From a virus, in the IMG/VR virus record IMGVR_UViG_3300028025_002828, positions 7,293 to 71,292 of that record: a stretch of 64,000 bases of DNA; one strand, written 5' to 3'. The position numbers and the translations under genes were made by a program. The stretch's first letter is position 1; each line of letters starts with the position of its first letter. The notes below the pieces were generated by a model. The model saw only the letters and a list, made by a program, of their open reading frames with translations, ran no database searches and was not told where the DNA came from. Below, piece after piece: positions 9,592-19,314 of the stretch.

Positions 9592-12500
9592 ATGAAGAAA
9601 TATAGACAGCTAATTAAGGAGTTGCCTTCTAAGAAGGTAGTATTTGCCTTTGGTCGGTTCCAACCACCAACAACTGGGCACGAACTCCTAGTAAAAGCTG
9701 TTCAAAAAATTGCGTCGGCACAAGGTGCTGACCATGTCATATATGCTTCTAAGACCGAAGACAAGAAGCAAAATCCCCTACCCGTCTCACGTAAAGTTTA
9801 CTACCTCCAGCGCATGTTTGCTGGGGCTAATTTCAAAGCAGCCAATGAGCAAGAGAGAACATTCATTGAAGCTGCGAAAGCATTAAACAAGAGATATAAA
9901 AACATTGTGATGGTTGCAGGCAGTGATAGAATTGCCGAATACAAAAAGATTTTAGAAAAATACAATGGTACAGAATTTAAGTTCGACACAGTATCAGTAG
10001 TTTCCGCTGGCGAAAGAGATCCAGATTCAGACAATGCCTCAGGTATGTCAGGAACTAAGATGCGTGAAGCAGCGAAGGCTGGCAAATTTAATGAATTTAA
10101 GAAGGGTATTCCCCACTCTTTAACAGTGTTAGATGCTCGTAGATTGATGAATGAGATACGCAAAGCGTACGATCTAGAGCCTATTAAAGAATCATTAAAT
10201 ATTGCTGTTGACGATCTACGTGAAAAGTATTTCCGTGGAGAGATTTTTAATGTTGGTGATATTGTTGTTTCCGAAAACAAACAATGCGTTGTTGTTAAGC
10301 GTGGCTCAAATCATCTACTACTATCAGAAGAAGGAACGGATGTGAAATTTACTCGTTGGATTAAAGATGTAAGTCTTCCTGCCGAACAGGTACAAGAAGA
10401 ACTCACAAATAAAACACTCAAATCAAATTCTACTGACCAGATTAAAGCAGCAAGAATTATTGCTACAACTCTTGGTGTTGAGAATGTTGAGTCTAGCGCA
10501 AACCCAGCGCAGATTGTCAATCTAGGACTGCGTAAAATTAAGAGCAAAGCATTGAACGCTGAGTCTTACGAAATTTTAAAACGCATGTTGAAGATGGCAA
10601 CTGATGTTGGAATTAAGTTTGATACAAATCTAATGCCACAAAAGTTAAAAGAAGCGTACTATAATAAGTTGCTCAGCTACGATGCTGACGGTAAAATGAC
10701 TGAAATAGATACAGATGCTGATGGCATTCCAGACTGGATAGAAAAAAATATGACTAAGATTGGTTCTGGTTTGCACAATGATGACAACGACCAACTAAGA
10801 ACACAGAAAGTCAGATACCATTTAGGCGAAGCTGATAGTGGAAGTTTAACACGACAAGTAGCGAAGTCTGCTTTGGCAGCAAAACACGCTAAAGAAAAAG
10901 AAGCATTGGCAACAAAACATGCCAGTGAAAAAGAATCACTAAAAGAATACGAAATCGATCATGATGGTAAAGGAAACTATCGTGACGATGAGGGTAATGA
11001 ATTTAGAGGTGCGCCAAGAGGTTCGTTTGCTCGTCGCCACACTATTACATCAACACCATCAGAACCACATTCAGTCCACATTAATGGTAAGAAGTGGAAG
11101 TCTTTCGGTTCTCAGTCTCATGCTCAGAACGTAGCGAATAAAATTAAAGGTGCCACTGTTCATAAAGAAGAATACGAACATATCCTCAAAGCACTTGACG
11201 AAGCATTAGCATCTACTGACAAAGGTGAGTACGATTACGAAGGCGCAATGGCAAGAACACAACTACAAACTGTTTGTAGAAATGCGCAAGAACTTATCGA
11301 TATGCTGGGAATGGACGATAACTTACCTGAGTGGGTTCAATCCAAAATTACATTGGCGCAAGATTATATCTCATCAGTTACAGATTATTTAAAGTCAAGA
11401 GATGAACTTGGCGAAGCAGTAAACCCAGCACAGCAAGCAGCAATTGCTATCGCTATGAAAAAGGCTGGTAAGAAACCAAAGTATAAAGGTCTTTCAGAAA
11501 GCAGTTTAAATGCAAAAGATCCTCATGGTGATTACAAAGAAAAGAGTAAAGCACTTCATCAGCTATCAATGAACAAAGATGTCGATCAAGAGCATGTTAA
11601 ACAACGTAAGTTGGATTTAGATAAAGAATATTCTAAGTACCAAAAAGAAGAAGTTGAGCCAATTGAAGAGATTTCCCAAAAACTTGCGGGCAACTATTAT
11701 GGCGCTGCAACAAAGAAACATATTGAAAAAGTTGGCGTAAAACCAAACATGTATGATCGTATCGAAAAAGATATGGGTAAGAAACGCAAAGAAGGTGTTG
11801 ATCGTGCACTTGCTCGTCTTACAAAAGAAGATGTTAAATTAGTCGAAGATCATCTAGTACATGTATCCGATGGTTCTAAGTATGATGAAGTCCCACACCC
11901 AAAAGATATTGAACATGTTAAGACTGGTGCAATGCATCATGGTGGTAAATGGGATGGTCATTCAGATAAAGGCGCATTCTTTAAGTTTAAATCGAAAGAA
12001 GATGCACAACACTTTGTAAGTCATGTTAACAAATGCCCACATAAAACTTGCTATGCAGACCTACATGAAGCATACCTCCAAGCAGCTGACAAAGTAATTG
12101 GTAAAGATGGCAAGAAACATGCTGCTCGATTAATTAAAATCGGTAGCGATGCGCCAACTAACACAAGACATAAAGGTTATGACGCATTCTCAATGGAAGA
12201 AGTTGAGTTAAGCGAAGAAGATATCGATGTTATCGTTGATGAGTTTCAAACTTGGGAAGATGTTATCGATGCCTACGAAGATGATGAGTTGGCAATTATC
12301 GATGAAGAAACAGGCGAAGAGATTGATACCGTAGTATCAGAAGGTGTGCTAAACGAAGTGCTTTCTAGAATTGAACGAATTAGAGCAGCGACAAGATTCG
12401 CAAGAACTAAATCTAAGCGTATGATCAAAACAAAGATGGCACTTAAAAGATCTTCACCACAGTCTGTGATTAATACACGTGCAAGAAAATTGGCAATCCA

Positions 12501-12681
12501 AACAATCAAATTGCGTCTGGCTAAAAAGCCATTGAACACTCTTTCTGTTGCAGAAAAAGAAAGACTGGAACAACGTATTGCTAAAATGAAACCTGTCTTA
12601 AATAGAATTGCCATGAAACTTGCACCACGTGTTCGTCAAATCGAAAAACAACGTCTATCACATAGCAAATATACAAAATGA
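9592..12681 (+). CDS. cytidylyltransferase-like (HIGH) domain fused to a long modular head-internal-type region
   Basis: FGRFQPPTTGH, VAGSDR, SAGERD, MSGTKMR; rest punctuated by (L/I/V)xE and EEVE motifs. Confidence 0.7.
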   Translation: MKKYRQLIKELPSKKVVFAFGRFQPPTTGHELLVKAVQKIASAQGADHVIYASKTEDKKQNPLPVSRKVYYLQRMFAGANFKAANEQERTFIEAAKALNKRYKNIVMVAGSDRIAEYKKILEKYNGTEFKFDTVSVVSAGERDPDSDNASGMSGTKMREAAKAGKFNEFKKGIPHSLTVLDARRLMNEIRKAYDLEPIKESLNIAVDDLREKYFRGEIFNVGDIVVSENKQCVVVKRGSNHLLLSEEGTDVKFTRWIKDVSLPAEQVQEELTNKTLKSNSTDQIKAARIIATTLGVENVESSANPAQIVNLGLRKIKSKALNAESYEILKRMLKMATDVGIKFDTNLMPQKLKEAYYNKLLSYDADGKMTEIDTDADGIPDWIEKNMTKIGSGLHNDDNDQLRTQKVRYHLGEADSGSLTRQVAKSALAAKHAKEKEALATKHASEKESLKEYEIDHDGKGNYRDDEGNEFRGAPRGSFARRHTITSTPSEPHSVHINGKKWKSFGSQSHAQNVANKIKGATVHKEEYEHILKALDEALASTDKGEYDYEGAMARTQLQTVCRNAQELIDMLGMDDNLPEWVQSKITLAQDYISSVTDYLKSRDELGEAVNPAQQAAIAIAMKKAGKKPKYKGLSESSLNAKDPHGDYKEKSKALHQLSMNKDVDQEHVKQRKLDLDKEYSKYQKEEVEPIEEISQKLAGNYYGAATKKHIEKVGVKPNMYDRIEKDMGKKRKEGVDRALARLTKEDVKLVEDHLVHVSDGSKYDEVPHPKDIEHVKTGAMHHGGKWDGHSDKGAFFKFKSKEDAQHFVSHVNKCPHKTCYADLHEAYLQAADKVIGKDGKKHAARLIKIGSDAPTNTRHKGYDAFSMEEVELSEEDIDVIVDEFQTWEDVIDAYEDDELAIIDEETGEEIDTVVSEGVLNEVLSRIERIRAATRFARTKSKRMIKTKMALKRSSPQSVINTRARKLAIQTIKLRLAKKPLNTLSVAEKERLEQRIAKMKPVLNRIAMKLAPRVRQIEKQRLSHSKYTK

Positions 12682-12959
12682 TTACGTTTAAAGAATATCT
12701 ACTAGACGAAGCTACCTATCAAGGTAAGACTGTACCACTTAACAAACCTATGGCTGGCGATGTTAAGAAGTCAAAGGTATACGTTGATCCAGATGGTGAC
12801 GGGAAAGCGAAGAAAGTAAACTTTGGCGATAAGAATCTAAGCATTAAAAAACATATACCTGCTCGCAAGAAAAGTTACTGCGCTAGATCTGGTGGGCAAG
12901 GAAATTTAACTGATAAGACCAGCGCTAATTATTGGTCACGTAGAGCATGGGATTGCTGA
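12678..12959 (+). CDS. small basic conserved phage protein with capsid-targeting-like N-terminus
   Basis: MITFKEYLLDE; RKKSYCARS...ANYWSRRAWDC. Confidence 0.6.
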   Translation: MITFKEYLLDEATYQGKTVPLNKPMAGDVKKSKVYVDPDGDGKAKKVNFGDKNLSIKKHIPARKKSYCARSGGQGNLTDKTSANYWSRRAWDC

Positions 12960-12960
12960 T

Positions 12961-13407
12961 ATGAATGAATTAAATGAACAACTAAAAGTGGTTCTTGCCG
13001 ATTCTTTTATGCTGTATTTGAAGGCACAAGGATACCACTGGAACGTAGAAGGAATTCTATTTCCAATGTTGCATGACTTCTTTGCAAAAATTTATGAAGA
13101 AGTATACGCAAGTATCGATTCAACTGCAGAAGAAATTCGTGCTCGTGATGGTAAAGCACCACACACTCTCATTGAATTAGATAAATATAGAACGATAGAA
13201 GACACATCGGCAGTTGATGCAGAAGCAATGATTGCTGATTTAAAGGTAGCCAATCAGGCAGTAATAGAATCTCTTTTCAAAGCAGTGGAAATTGCTACGG
13301 AAAAGAATGAACAAGGGTTGATGGATTACCTAGCAGGTCGCATCGATGCTCATAAGAAACATAACTGGATGTTGACATCAACACTAAAAACAAGCGGAGA
13401 ACAATAA
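12961..13407 (+). CDS. dps: Dps/ferritin-like protein
   Basis: YHWNVEG..LHDFF..YEE..DSTAEEIR ferroxidase motifs; HKKHNWML. Confidence 0.85.
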   Translation: MNELNEQLKVVLADSFMLYLKAQGYHWNVEGILFPMLHDFFAKIYEEVYASIDSTAEEIRARDGKAPHTLIELDKYRTIEDTSAVDAEAMIADLKVANQAVIESLFKAVEIATEKNEQGLMDYLAGRIDAHKKHNWMLTSTLKTSGEQ

Positions 13408-15317
13408 TGTTAAAATTTACAGAAATGCTAAAGGGTAACCAGCATAAGATTGATAAGAATAAAAACGGCAAAGTCGATGCTCACGATTTCAAATTACTTC
13501 GCAAAGAAGAAAAAGAAGAAGAGATGTGTGAACAATGCGATATGCCAGAAAGCGAATGTGATTGCGATGACAAAAAACTCGAAGAACTAAGCAAAGATAC
13601 TCTTAAATCTTATCTCGGCAAATCATTAACGGATCGCAACAAACAACAAACTCGTATGTCACGTGCTTATGCGATCGATCCCGACAAGTATGATGACGCA
13701 GAACATAAGCGTGAACAACGTAACAAAGGCATTAAAGCTGCCAAGAATAGAATAGAAGAAGGTAAGCATGTTATCGGTGTAACTGTTTCTGACCCAAATC
13801 ATCCAATGGTTTCGCAGCGCAATGAGAAGAAAATGCGTAAAGCAAAAGTAACTGCCGTTGACAAAGACACAGCTATTAATACTGCTATCTCTTACTATAA
13901 AAAACGTGGAATGAAAGTTCATGACCACAATTATATCGGACTTCATAACGAAGAAACCAAAACGAATGATGTTCCTTTTGATGGTCCATATACAACTACA
14001 TTTAAAAAGAAGAATAATCCTAATCGCTCTCCTATGGATGCTGCTCGTGCTCTTGCTCAACAAGGCATGAAGAAAAAGATGAAGGAAGAGTTTGGTATAG
14101 ACATTACTGATGAACAAGCAGATTCTCTATTAGAGATGGCGAGTTGTGCGCCAGTTGCTCCAGTTCCTGATAAGAAATATATCAAAGGAACACCTGAGAA
14201 TAAAGCATATAAGGCAACAAAGAAACCAATCAATGGTATGCCAACTGGTAAGATGAAAGAAGAAGTTGAATTAGAAGAAGCCACTGTTGATACTAAAAAG
14301 TATTCTTGGGGTACGATGAAAACTGTCCATCATGGTAGTTCTTTTAACATCCCTCTACACCCAGAACACCATCAAGCAATTGCTAAGTTGAAAGACCAGC
14401 AAGAACATAAGTTTAAAACTGAAGATGGTAAACACTGGACAGCAAAACGTGATGGTGACAAGGTTCACTTCCAAGGTGCAAACAATGGTGGTAAAACTTC
14501 TGTTGCTCACTCAACAATGCAAGAAGGTGTTATTGACGAAGCCAAGCCAGGACTCTACGCAAATATCAACGCTAAGAGAAAACGCATTGAAGCTGGATCT
14601 GGTGAACGTATGCGTAAGCCAGGAAGCAAAGGCGCACCAAGCGCAAGCGATTTTAAAGACGCTGCAAAAACAGCGAAAGAAGAAGTCGAAATTAAAGAAG
14701 CCAATCATCGCGAATTTGCTTCACAAGGTAAAATGCACCCAGACATGGCAAAGCACATGAAGACTGGTGAGCATATGGATTATTATGAGCCGAAGACTGG
14801 CGATAAAGTGCATGGTAAAGTAATGAAGAACGATGGTAAAGAAGTCCATGTTAAACAAACTCATGACTCTTACAATCCTAAGAAGGTTGGCTCAGTTCAC
14901 AAATTTGTAGTGTCTAATAAGTTGGATGAACAATCCGATACAGACGAATCTAATCTAAACTCTCAGAAAGAGGAGAATCAATTGAAAAAATTTAAACAAT
15001 TTAAAGAAGAAATTTATGACAAGTTATCATCTAACGAAGAATCTATTGAAGAACAAGTCGAAGACTTAGATGAAATGGAATTTGATAAGAGTGGTAAGTA
15101 TGTACACAAAGGTAAGTATGGAACATCATATCAAGGCGACGATGATGAAGATGATGACAAACCTAAGACACCCGCACCAGCTGGAGAAAAGCGTGGTCGT
15201 GGTCGCCCAGCAGGTTCAACGTCAGGAGCAAAACAAAAGGGTTCTGGTCCTGCTAAGAAACGTAGCGGTGTAGAATACACTGGGTTCAAATTACATTTGC
15301 CTAATAACAACAGATAA
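13407..15317 (+). CDS. modular low-complexity protein, probably head-internal and protease-processed
   Basis: short modules separated by LEE/IEE/MKEE/LDE; charged; C-terminal RGRGRP AT-hook-like motif. Confidence 0.6.
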   Translation: MLKFTEMLKGNQHKIDKNKNGKVDAHDFKLLRKEEKEEEMCEQCDMPESECDCDDKKLEELSKDTLKSYLGKSLTDRNKQQTRMSRAYAIDPDKYDDAEHKREQRNKGIKAAKNRIEEGKHVIGVTVSDPNHPMVSQRNEKKMRKAKVTAVDKDTAINTAISYYKKRGMKVHDHNYIGLHNEETKTNDVPFDGPYTTTFKKKNNPNRSPMDAARALAQQGMKKKMKEEFGIDITDEQADSLLEMASCAPVAPVPDKKYIKGTPENKAYKATKKPINGMPTGKMKEEVELEEATVDTKKYSWGTMKTVHHGSSFNIPLHPEHHQAIAKLKDQQEHKFKTEDGKHWTAKRDGDKVHFQGANNGGKTSVAHSTMQEGVIDEAKPGLYANINAKRKRIEAGSGERMRKPGSKGAPSASDFKDAAKTAKEEVEIKEANHREFASQGKMHPDMAKHMKTGEHMDYYEPKTGDKVHGKVMKNDGKEVHVKQTHDSYNPKKVGSVHKFVVSNKLDEQSDTDESNLNSQKEENQLKKFKQFKEEIYDKLSSNEESIEEQVEDLDEMEFDKSGKYVHKGKYGTSYQGDDDEDDDKPKTPAPAGEKRGRGRPAGSTSGAKQKGSGPAKKRSGVEYTGFKLHLPNNNR

Positions 15318-15335
15318 ATTCAAGGAGAAATAAAA

Positions 15336-16616
15336 ATGGCACTATGGGGAAATAAAGATAGTAAAACAGCTACTGGTACAGTTAGCATCGCCAACACTGG
15401 CGTAGTAACTGGTTCTAGCACTCTGTTTACTACAGAAGCAAAAGTCGGTAACACCATTCGCGCAGCGGGTGTTGATTATCATATCGTATCAATCACAAGC
15501 AACACAGTTGCACTAGTAAGAATGGGCGCAAACAATGGTGGTGGTTCAGTCACTACTTGTTCTGGCGAATCTTATACATTATCTGAGAAACCATCATTCG
15601 TTCCTCAAGAGTCTGCATCATCTTCAGGCGATTCTGGTACAAGCCAAACCGTATTCGGTGTTGATGGTACAGAACAATCAGCTGGTGGTGACAATGTTAC
15701 TGCCGTAGCTGTATCTGCTGGCAAAACTCGTTACCTTGAAGTTCCTGCAGTTACATTCTCTGGCGGTGGTGGCTCTTCTGCTGCAGCTACTGCATCTATC
15801 GCTGGTGGCGCAGTTTCTGCAATCACTGTAACAAACGTAGGTTCTGCATACACTTCAGCACCAACTGTTGCTATTGCCAAACCTCGTCGCACAATTCCAA
15901 CTTCTGGTGTAACAATTGCTACTGAGCAAATTGCTTATGCTACTCATGGCTTAGTTGCTGGTGAATCAGTTAAGTATTTCCATGGTGGTGGCACTGCTAT
16001 CAGTGGTTTAACAAATAATACAGAGTATTTTGTATCTGCTCTTGGTTTAGCTGCAGGTACTTTCCGTCTTGCAGATACTGCTCTTGCTTCAGCAGGTCGT
16101 ACTGCTCTTGCTGGTGTTGCTATTTCTGGCACTGGTGGTCAGTTTACTTGTACTGCAACTACTCTAGCAGTTGGCGATCATATCGTTATCGGTGGAACTG
16201 TTACTGGTACTGGTTCTATTACTGGCCACACTGCTGGTAAGATCTATGAAGTTTCTGCTGTTACTGGTACTTCACCATCCGTAACTGGTTTCACTGTTAC
16301 TCAAGAAGATGGTACTGCAGTTGTTTCTACTGCTGGTAATGGTACTGGTTTGACATTAACACCATACACAATCGTAATGCTTGCTGGTACTGGTAACAAT
16401 GCTCAGTACTTTGAAATTCAAGCTGCTGCTGACCAAGCAACTGCCACTGCTTCATTAGGTGCTGGCGCAGGTGGTACTACTTTAACTCACGCTGGTTGGG
16501 TTCGTCGTACTGTTGGTACTGGTGGTCGTGCTGGTCGTGTTCAGCAAGAAGTGCTAGTAGCTATGGGTTCAATGTCTGGCGATCAGGCTGACGATATTCA
16601 GTATCCAGACGCATAA
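15336..16616 (+). CDS. Gly/Thr/Ala-rich virion structural (fibre-like) protein
   Basis: MALWGNKD N-term, beta-rich composition, SD AGGAGA. Confidence 0.6.
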   Translation: MALWGNKDSKTATGTVSIANTGVVTGSSTLFTTEAKVGNTIRAAGVDYHIVSITSNTVALVRMGANNGGGSVTTCSGESYTLSEKPSFVPQESASSSGDSGTSQTVFGVDGTEQSAGGDNVTAVAVSAGKTRYLEVPAVTFSGGGGSSAAATASIAGGAVSAITVTNVGSAYTSAPTVAIAKPRRTIPTSGVTIATEQIAYATHGLVAGESVKYFHGGGTAISGLTNNTEYFVSALGLAAGTFRLADTALASAGRTALAGVAISGTGGQFTCTATTLAVGDHIVIGGTVTGTGSITGHTAGKIYEVSAVTGTSPSVTGFTVTQEDGTAVVSTAGNGTGLTLTPYTIVMLAGTGNNAQYFEIQAAADQATATASLGAGAGGTTLTHAGWVRRTVGTGGRAGRVQQEVLVAMGSMSGDQADDIQYPDA

Positions 16617-16692
16617 TAAATACTTTAGTATCCTAGAACGAGGTAGGGTTGTAAAAACTCTACCAACTACATTTTAAATAGGGAGAAGCCTC

Positions 16693-17289
16693 ATGGCAGA
16701 TCAAAAGATATCGGAATTACCAGTAGCTACGTTTGCTGCTGGCGCAGATTTACTTAACATTGTTCAAGGTGGTAGTAATAAAAAGATTACCATGGCGAAC
16801 TTTATGGCGAACATTAAGTCGCCAACTGTATTGAACGTCGATGGCGGTGATACAGATACAAGAGTTAAAGGGTTAAACGACGACCAACTTATATTCGCAG
16901 ATGCTTCTACGGATAGAGTTGGTTTCGGCACTGACACACCGACCGAAAAGGTTGACGTTGTTGGAAACCTTGCAGTTTCAAGTGGATTTATACGCGAATC
17001 GCAAACACCACAAGCTCTAGCAGGTGTTGGCGGTCTTGTAGTAAATGCGACAACAGCTATCACTACAGTTTCTGGCTCAGGTGCTATAACACTTACCATA
17101 GCTGATGGAGTTGTTGGCCAAAGAAAAACAATCGCAGTTATTTTAGCTGCATCCACAATAACATTAAGTGGTGCAAATGTTAGAGCCACTACTATTACTA
17201 CATCTTCTACTGGCGCAACATTACAGCTACAGTGGATAAGCGCAAAATGGCAAGTAGTTTCTAACGTAGGATTCTCTGTTACATTATAA
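16693..17289 (+). CDS. probable virion structural protein
   Basis: MADQKISELP N-term seen in tail-associated proteins; RVGFGTDTPTEKVDVVGN motif. Confidence 0.55.
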   Translation: MADQKISELPVATFAAGADLLNIVQGGSNKKITMANFMANIKSPTVLNVDGGDTDTRVKGLNDDQLIFADASTDRVGFGTDTPTEKVDVVGNLAVSSGFIRESQTPQALAGVGGLVVNATTAITTVSGSGAITLTIADGVVGQRKTIAVILAASTITLSGANVRATTITTSSTGATLQLQWISAKWQVVSNVGFSVTL

Positions 17290-17300
17290 GGAATTAAATT

Positions 17301-17498
17301 ATGACATTGAAACAAAATATACAAGATGATCTTGAGTTATATAAAAAATCAGTTGAAGAAAAGAATGTGTTTTTAGTAAACTTGAAACAAGCATTCGCAA
17401 AGACTGAAGCTGAGATTACCATGTTAAATGGCGCAATTCAGGCATGTGAGAAATTATTAGAGAATGTGGAAAATGACGGAAAAGCTGACAGAAAATAA
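17301..17498 (+). CDS. small coiled-coil protein
   Basis: SD AAGGA, heptad pattern. Confidence 0.55.
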   Translation: MTLKQNIQDDLELYKKSVEEKNVFLVNLKQAFAKTEAEITMLNGAIQACEKLLENVENDGKADRK

Positions 17499-17850
17499 TT
17501 TTTTACTTTTTGCTATGCATCACTATGACAATCCACAATGTCATAGTGTTGTAGAATTTGAAGAAGACATGAAAAGGTTTTTATATTTGAAGAAACTTTT
17601 TACACGTTATTCGCAAAATGGAGAGCTGAGAGAAAGATTAATTTTAAATCACATAATTGTTTTATATAACATTTTTGGTGACGCAGCAACAACAATGTTG
17701 TTCTATAAGTTGGAAGAAAAGTACTGGCGTTCTCTTGTTACGTTTTTAGTATATCTTGACAGGATGCCAGAGGAAATAAGTCAGTATGGAATAATTCTGT
17801 CGGAAGTTGAGTTAGATGAGACAGTTATAAAGGCACTAAGGAAAATTTAA
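17473..17850 (+). CDS. conserved T4-like hypothetical protein
   Basis: YDNPQC..EFEEDMKRF..ERLILNHIIVLYNIFG. Confidence 0.65.
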   Translation: MTEKLTENNFLLFAMHHYDNPQCHSVVEFEEDMKRFLYLKKLFTRYSQNGELRERLILNHIIVLYNIFGDAATTMLFYKLEEKYWRSLVTFLVYLDRMPEEISQYGIILSEVELDETVIKALRKI

Positions 17851-18359
17851 TGGCATCAAGATTAGTAGACAATCTATTAGCATTTAAAATTCTTACAATG
17901 CTCGTAAGACCATTCGCAGAATCAGAGGCATTTAAACTTGGAATCATCGATGCTAATGGTAAGGTGTTGAAGAAAGCGTCAACTCTTCAAACAACTGAAG
18001 AGAGGGATGCATACAATTATCTTACACGTTTAGTGTTTAACATGAAGAGAATTATTAATCGTCTTCCTGGTGGCGAAAATAAATTAAAGAGTATTATTAC
18101 TGCATTCTTTTTAGTCAAGGAATGTTATGAGAAGAAAACTTCCATTGCCTTTCTCGAAGAAAAGTATATTACGCTTTTAGAGACAGTAAATAAAAACAAT
18201 ATCACATTAGTTGAAGAAGAACTTATTGTGCAAAAGTTTTTTGAAGATGTTGCCAATGTAACAGGCGCAGCAGTTTCAACAAATGAACCTGTTATCGATC
18301 CGAAGAAAAAGAAAAAGGTAATCTTCGCAGTGAAAAGAAATGGACAGATGACACAATGA
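17850..18359 (+). CDS. T4 gp61.1-like conserved protein
   Basis: AFKLGIIDANGKVLKK...LVFNMKRII; upstream of primase. Confidence 0.5.
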   Translation: MASRLVDNLLAFKILTMLVRPFAESEAFKLGIIDANGKVLKKASTLQTTEERDAYNYLTRLVFNMKRIINRLPGGENKLKSIITAFFLVKECYEKKTSIAFLEEKYITLLETVNKNNITLVEEELIVQKFFEDVANVTGAAVSTNEPVIDPKKKKKVIFAVKRNGQMTQ

Positions 18360-18946
18360 TTTGGTTATTAAATTTTTTACCTACTTGGATTTTCCAAGCA
18401 GTAGCATTAGGACTAATGGTTCTTGGTGTTGGTGTTCACATGTTTGTGAGACATCCAATCGTTCCAAGTATTATCCCTAAGATTATTGGTGCGCTATTGG
18501 TAGTAGCTGGTGTCTTTATTTCTGGTGGTATCTGGACACAAAGCGAATTCTTAGCAGCAGTAGAAAAACAAAAGCAAGAAATTGCTAGACTAGAAAAAGC
18601 ATCTGGTGAAATAACTACTAAGGTAGAAAAAGTTTATATTGAACGAACAAAAGTTATCAAGGAGAAGGGTGATGTTATTGTTGAAAAAGTTCCAGAGTAT
18701 ATTACCAAAGACGCTGATGCTAAGTGTGATGTGCCTAATGGTTTCGTCGTGCTCCACAACAGTGCCGTTAAGAATGAAATTCCCAACACCGCCAGAGAGT
18801 TTAATGAAAAGTCCAGCGGAGTTGAACTCTCTACCGTTGGAAAAACAGTCGCAGGAAACTACACAACCTGCAACGAAGTAAGGGAACAGTTAACAACCTT
18901 ACAAGACTGGATTAAACAGCAAGAGAAACTCTACAACAAGCCATAA
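18356..18946 (+). CDS. inner-membrane spanin (Rz-like)
   Basis: N-terminal TM helices, coiled coil, CDVPNGFVVLHNSA; contains an embedded lipoprotein ORF. Confidence 0.75.
   Translation: MIWLLNFLPTWIFQAVALGLMVLGVGVHMFVRHPIVPSIIPKIIGALLVVAGVFISGGIWTQSEFLAAVEKQKQEIARLEKASGEITTKVEKVYIERTKVIKEKGDVIVEKVPEYITKDADAKCDVPNGFVVLHNSAVKNEIPNTAREFNEKSSGVELSTVGKTVAGNYTTCNEVREQLTTLQDWIKQQEKLYNKP
18672..18881 (+). CDS. outer-membrane lipoprotein spanin (Rz1-like), embedded in the +1 frame
   Basis: SD GGAGAAGGG; lipobox MVSSC; Pro-rich mature part FPTPPESLMKSPAEL. Confidence 0.75.
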   Translation: MLLLKKFQSILPKTLMLSVMCLMVSSCSTTVPLRMKFPTPPESLMKSPAELNSLPLEKQSQETTQPATK

Positions 18947-18956
18947 CAAGGAAACT

Positions 18957-19292
18957 ATGGAAATGTCATCACAATTAGATATAAAAGTAGCCAAACTAGA
19001 AACTGAAGTAGAAGTCATAAAGGATGACGTTGGTGAAGTTAAAGCAGAATTGAAAACTGTCCACGGTAGAATTACCGAAGGTAATGAGAAAGTTCTTTTG
19101 AAACTTGGGCAGATGTCCAAGGATTCAGACTCTCAACATAATGCCATTGTTGAAAGAATGAACGTAATGGATAAGAGAATTAATGGTAGGATTGCTGTTC
19201 TGGAACAGTGGAGATGGTTAGTAGTTGGTGGTGCCGTAGTAGCAGGATGGATGCTTTCGCATAGTGGTTTACTAGAAAAGTTCTTTGGTTAA
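18957..19292 (+). CDS. coiled-coil protein with C-terminal TM helix (holin-like, lysis cassette)
   Basis: RIAVLEQWRWLVVGGAVVAGW; adjacent to spanins. Confidence 0.5.
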   Translation: MEMSSQLDIKVAKLETEVEVIKDDVGEVKAELKTVHGRITEGNEKVLLKLGQMSKDSDSQHNAIVERMNVMDKRINGRIAVLEQWRWLVVGGAVVAGWMLSHSGLLEKFFG

Positions 19293-19314
19293 CTAAATCA
19301 TCCTTGACACAGTC

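Noticed and set aside
16643-16663. Reverse-order palindrome GTAGGGTT-N5-AACTCTAC (similar one at 30106-30122)
   Set aside because: The half-sites are inverted and not linked to a -35; more likely 5' hairpins of late transcripts, though a link to the promoter palindrome is not excluded.
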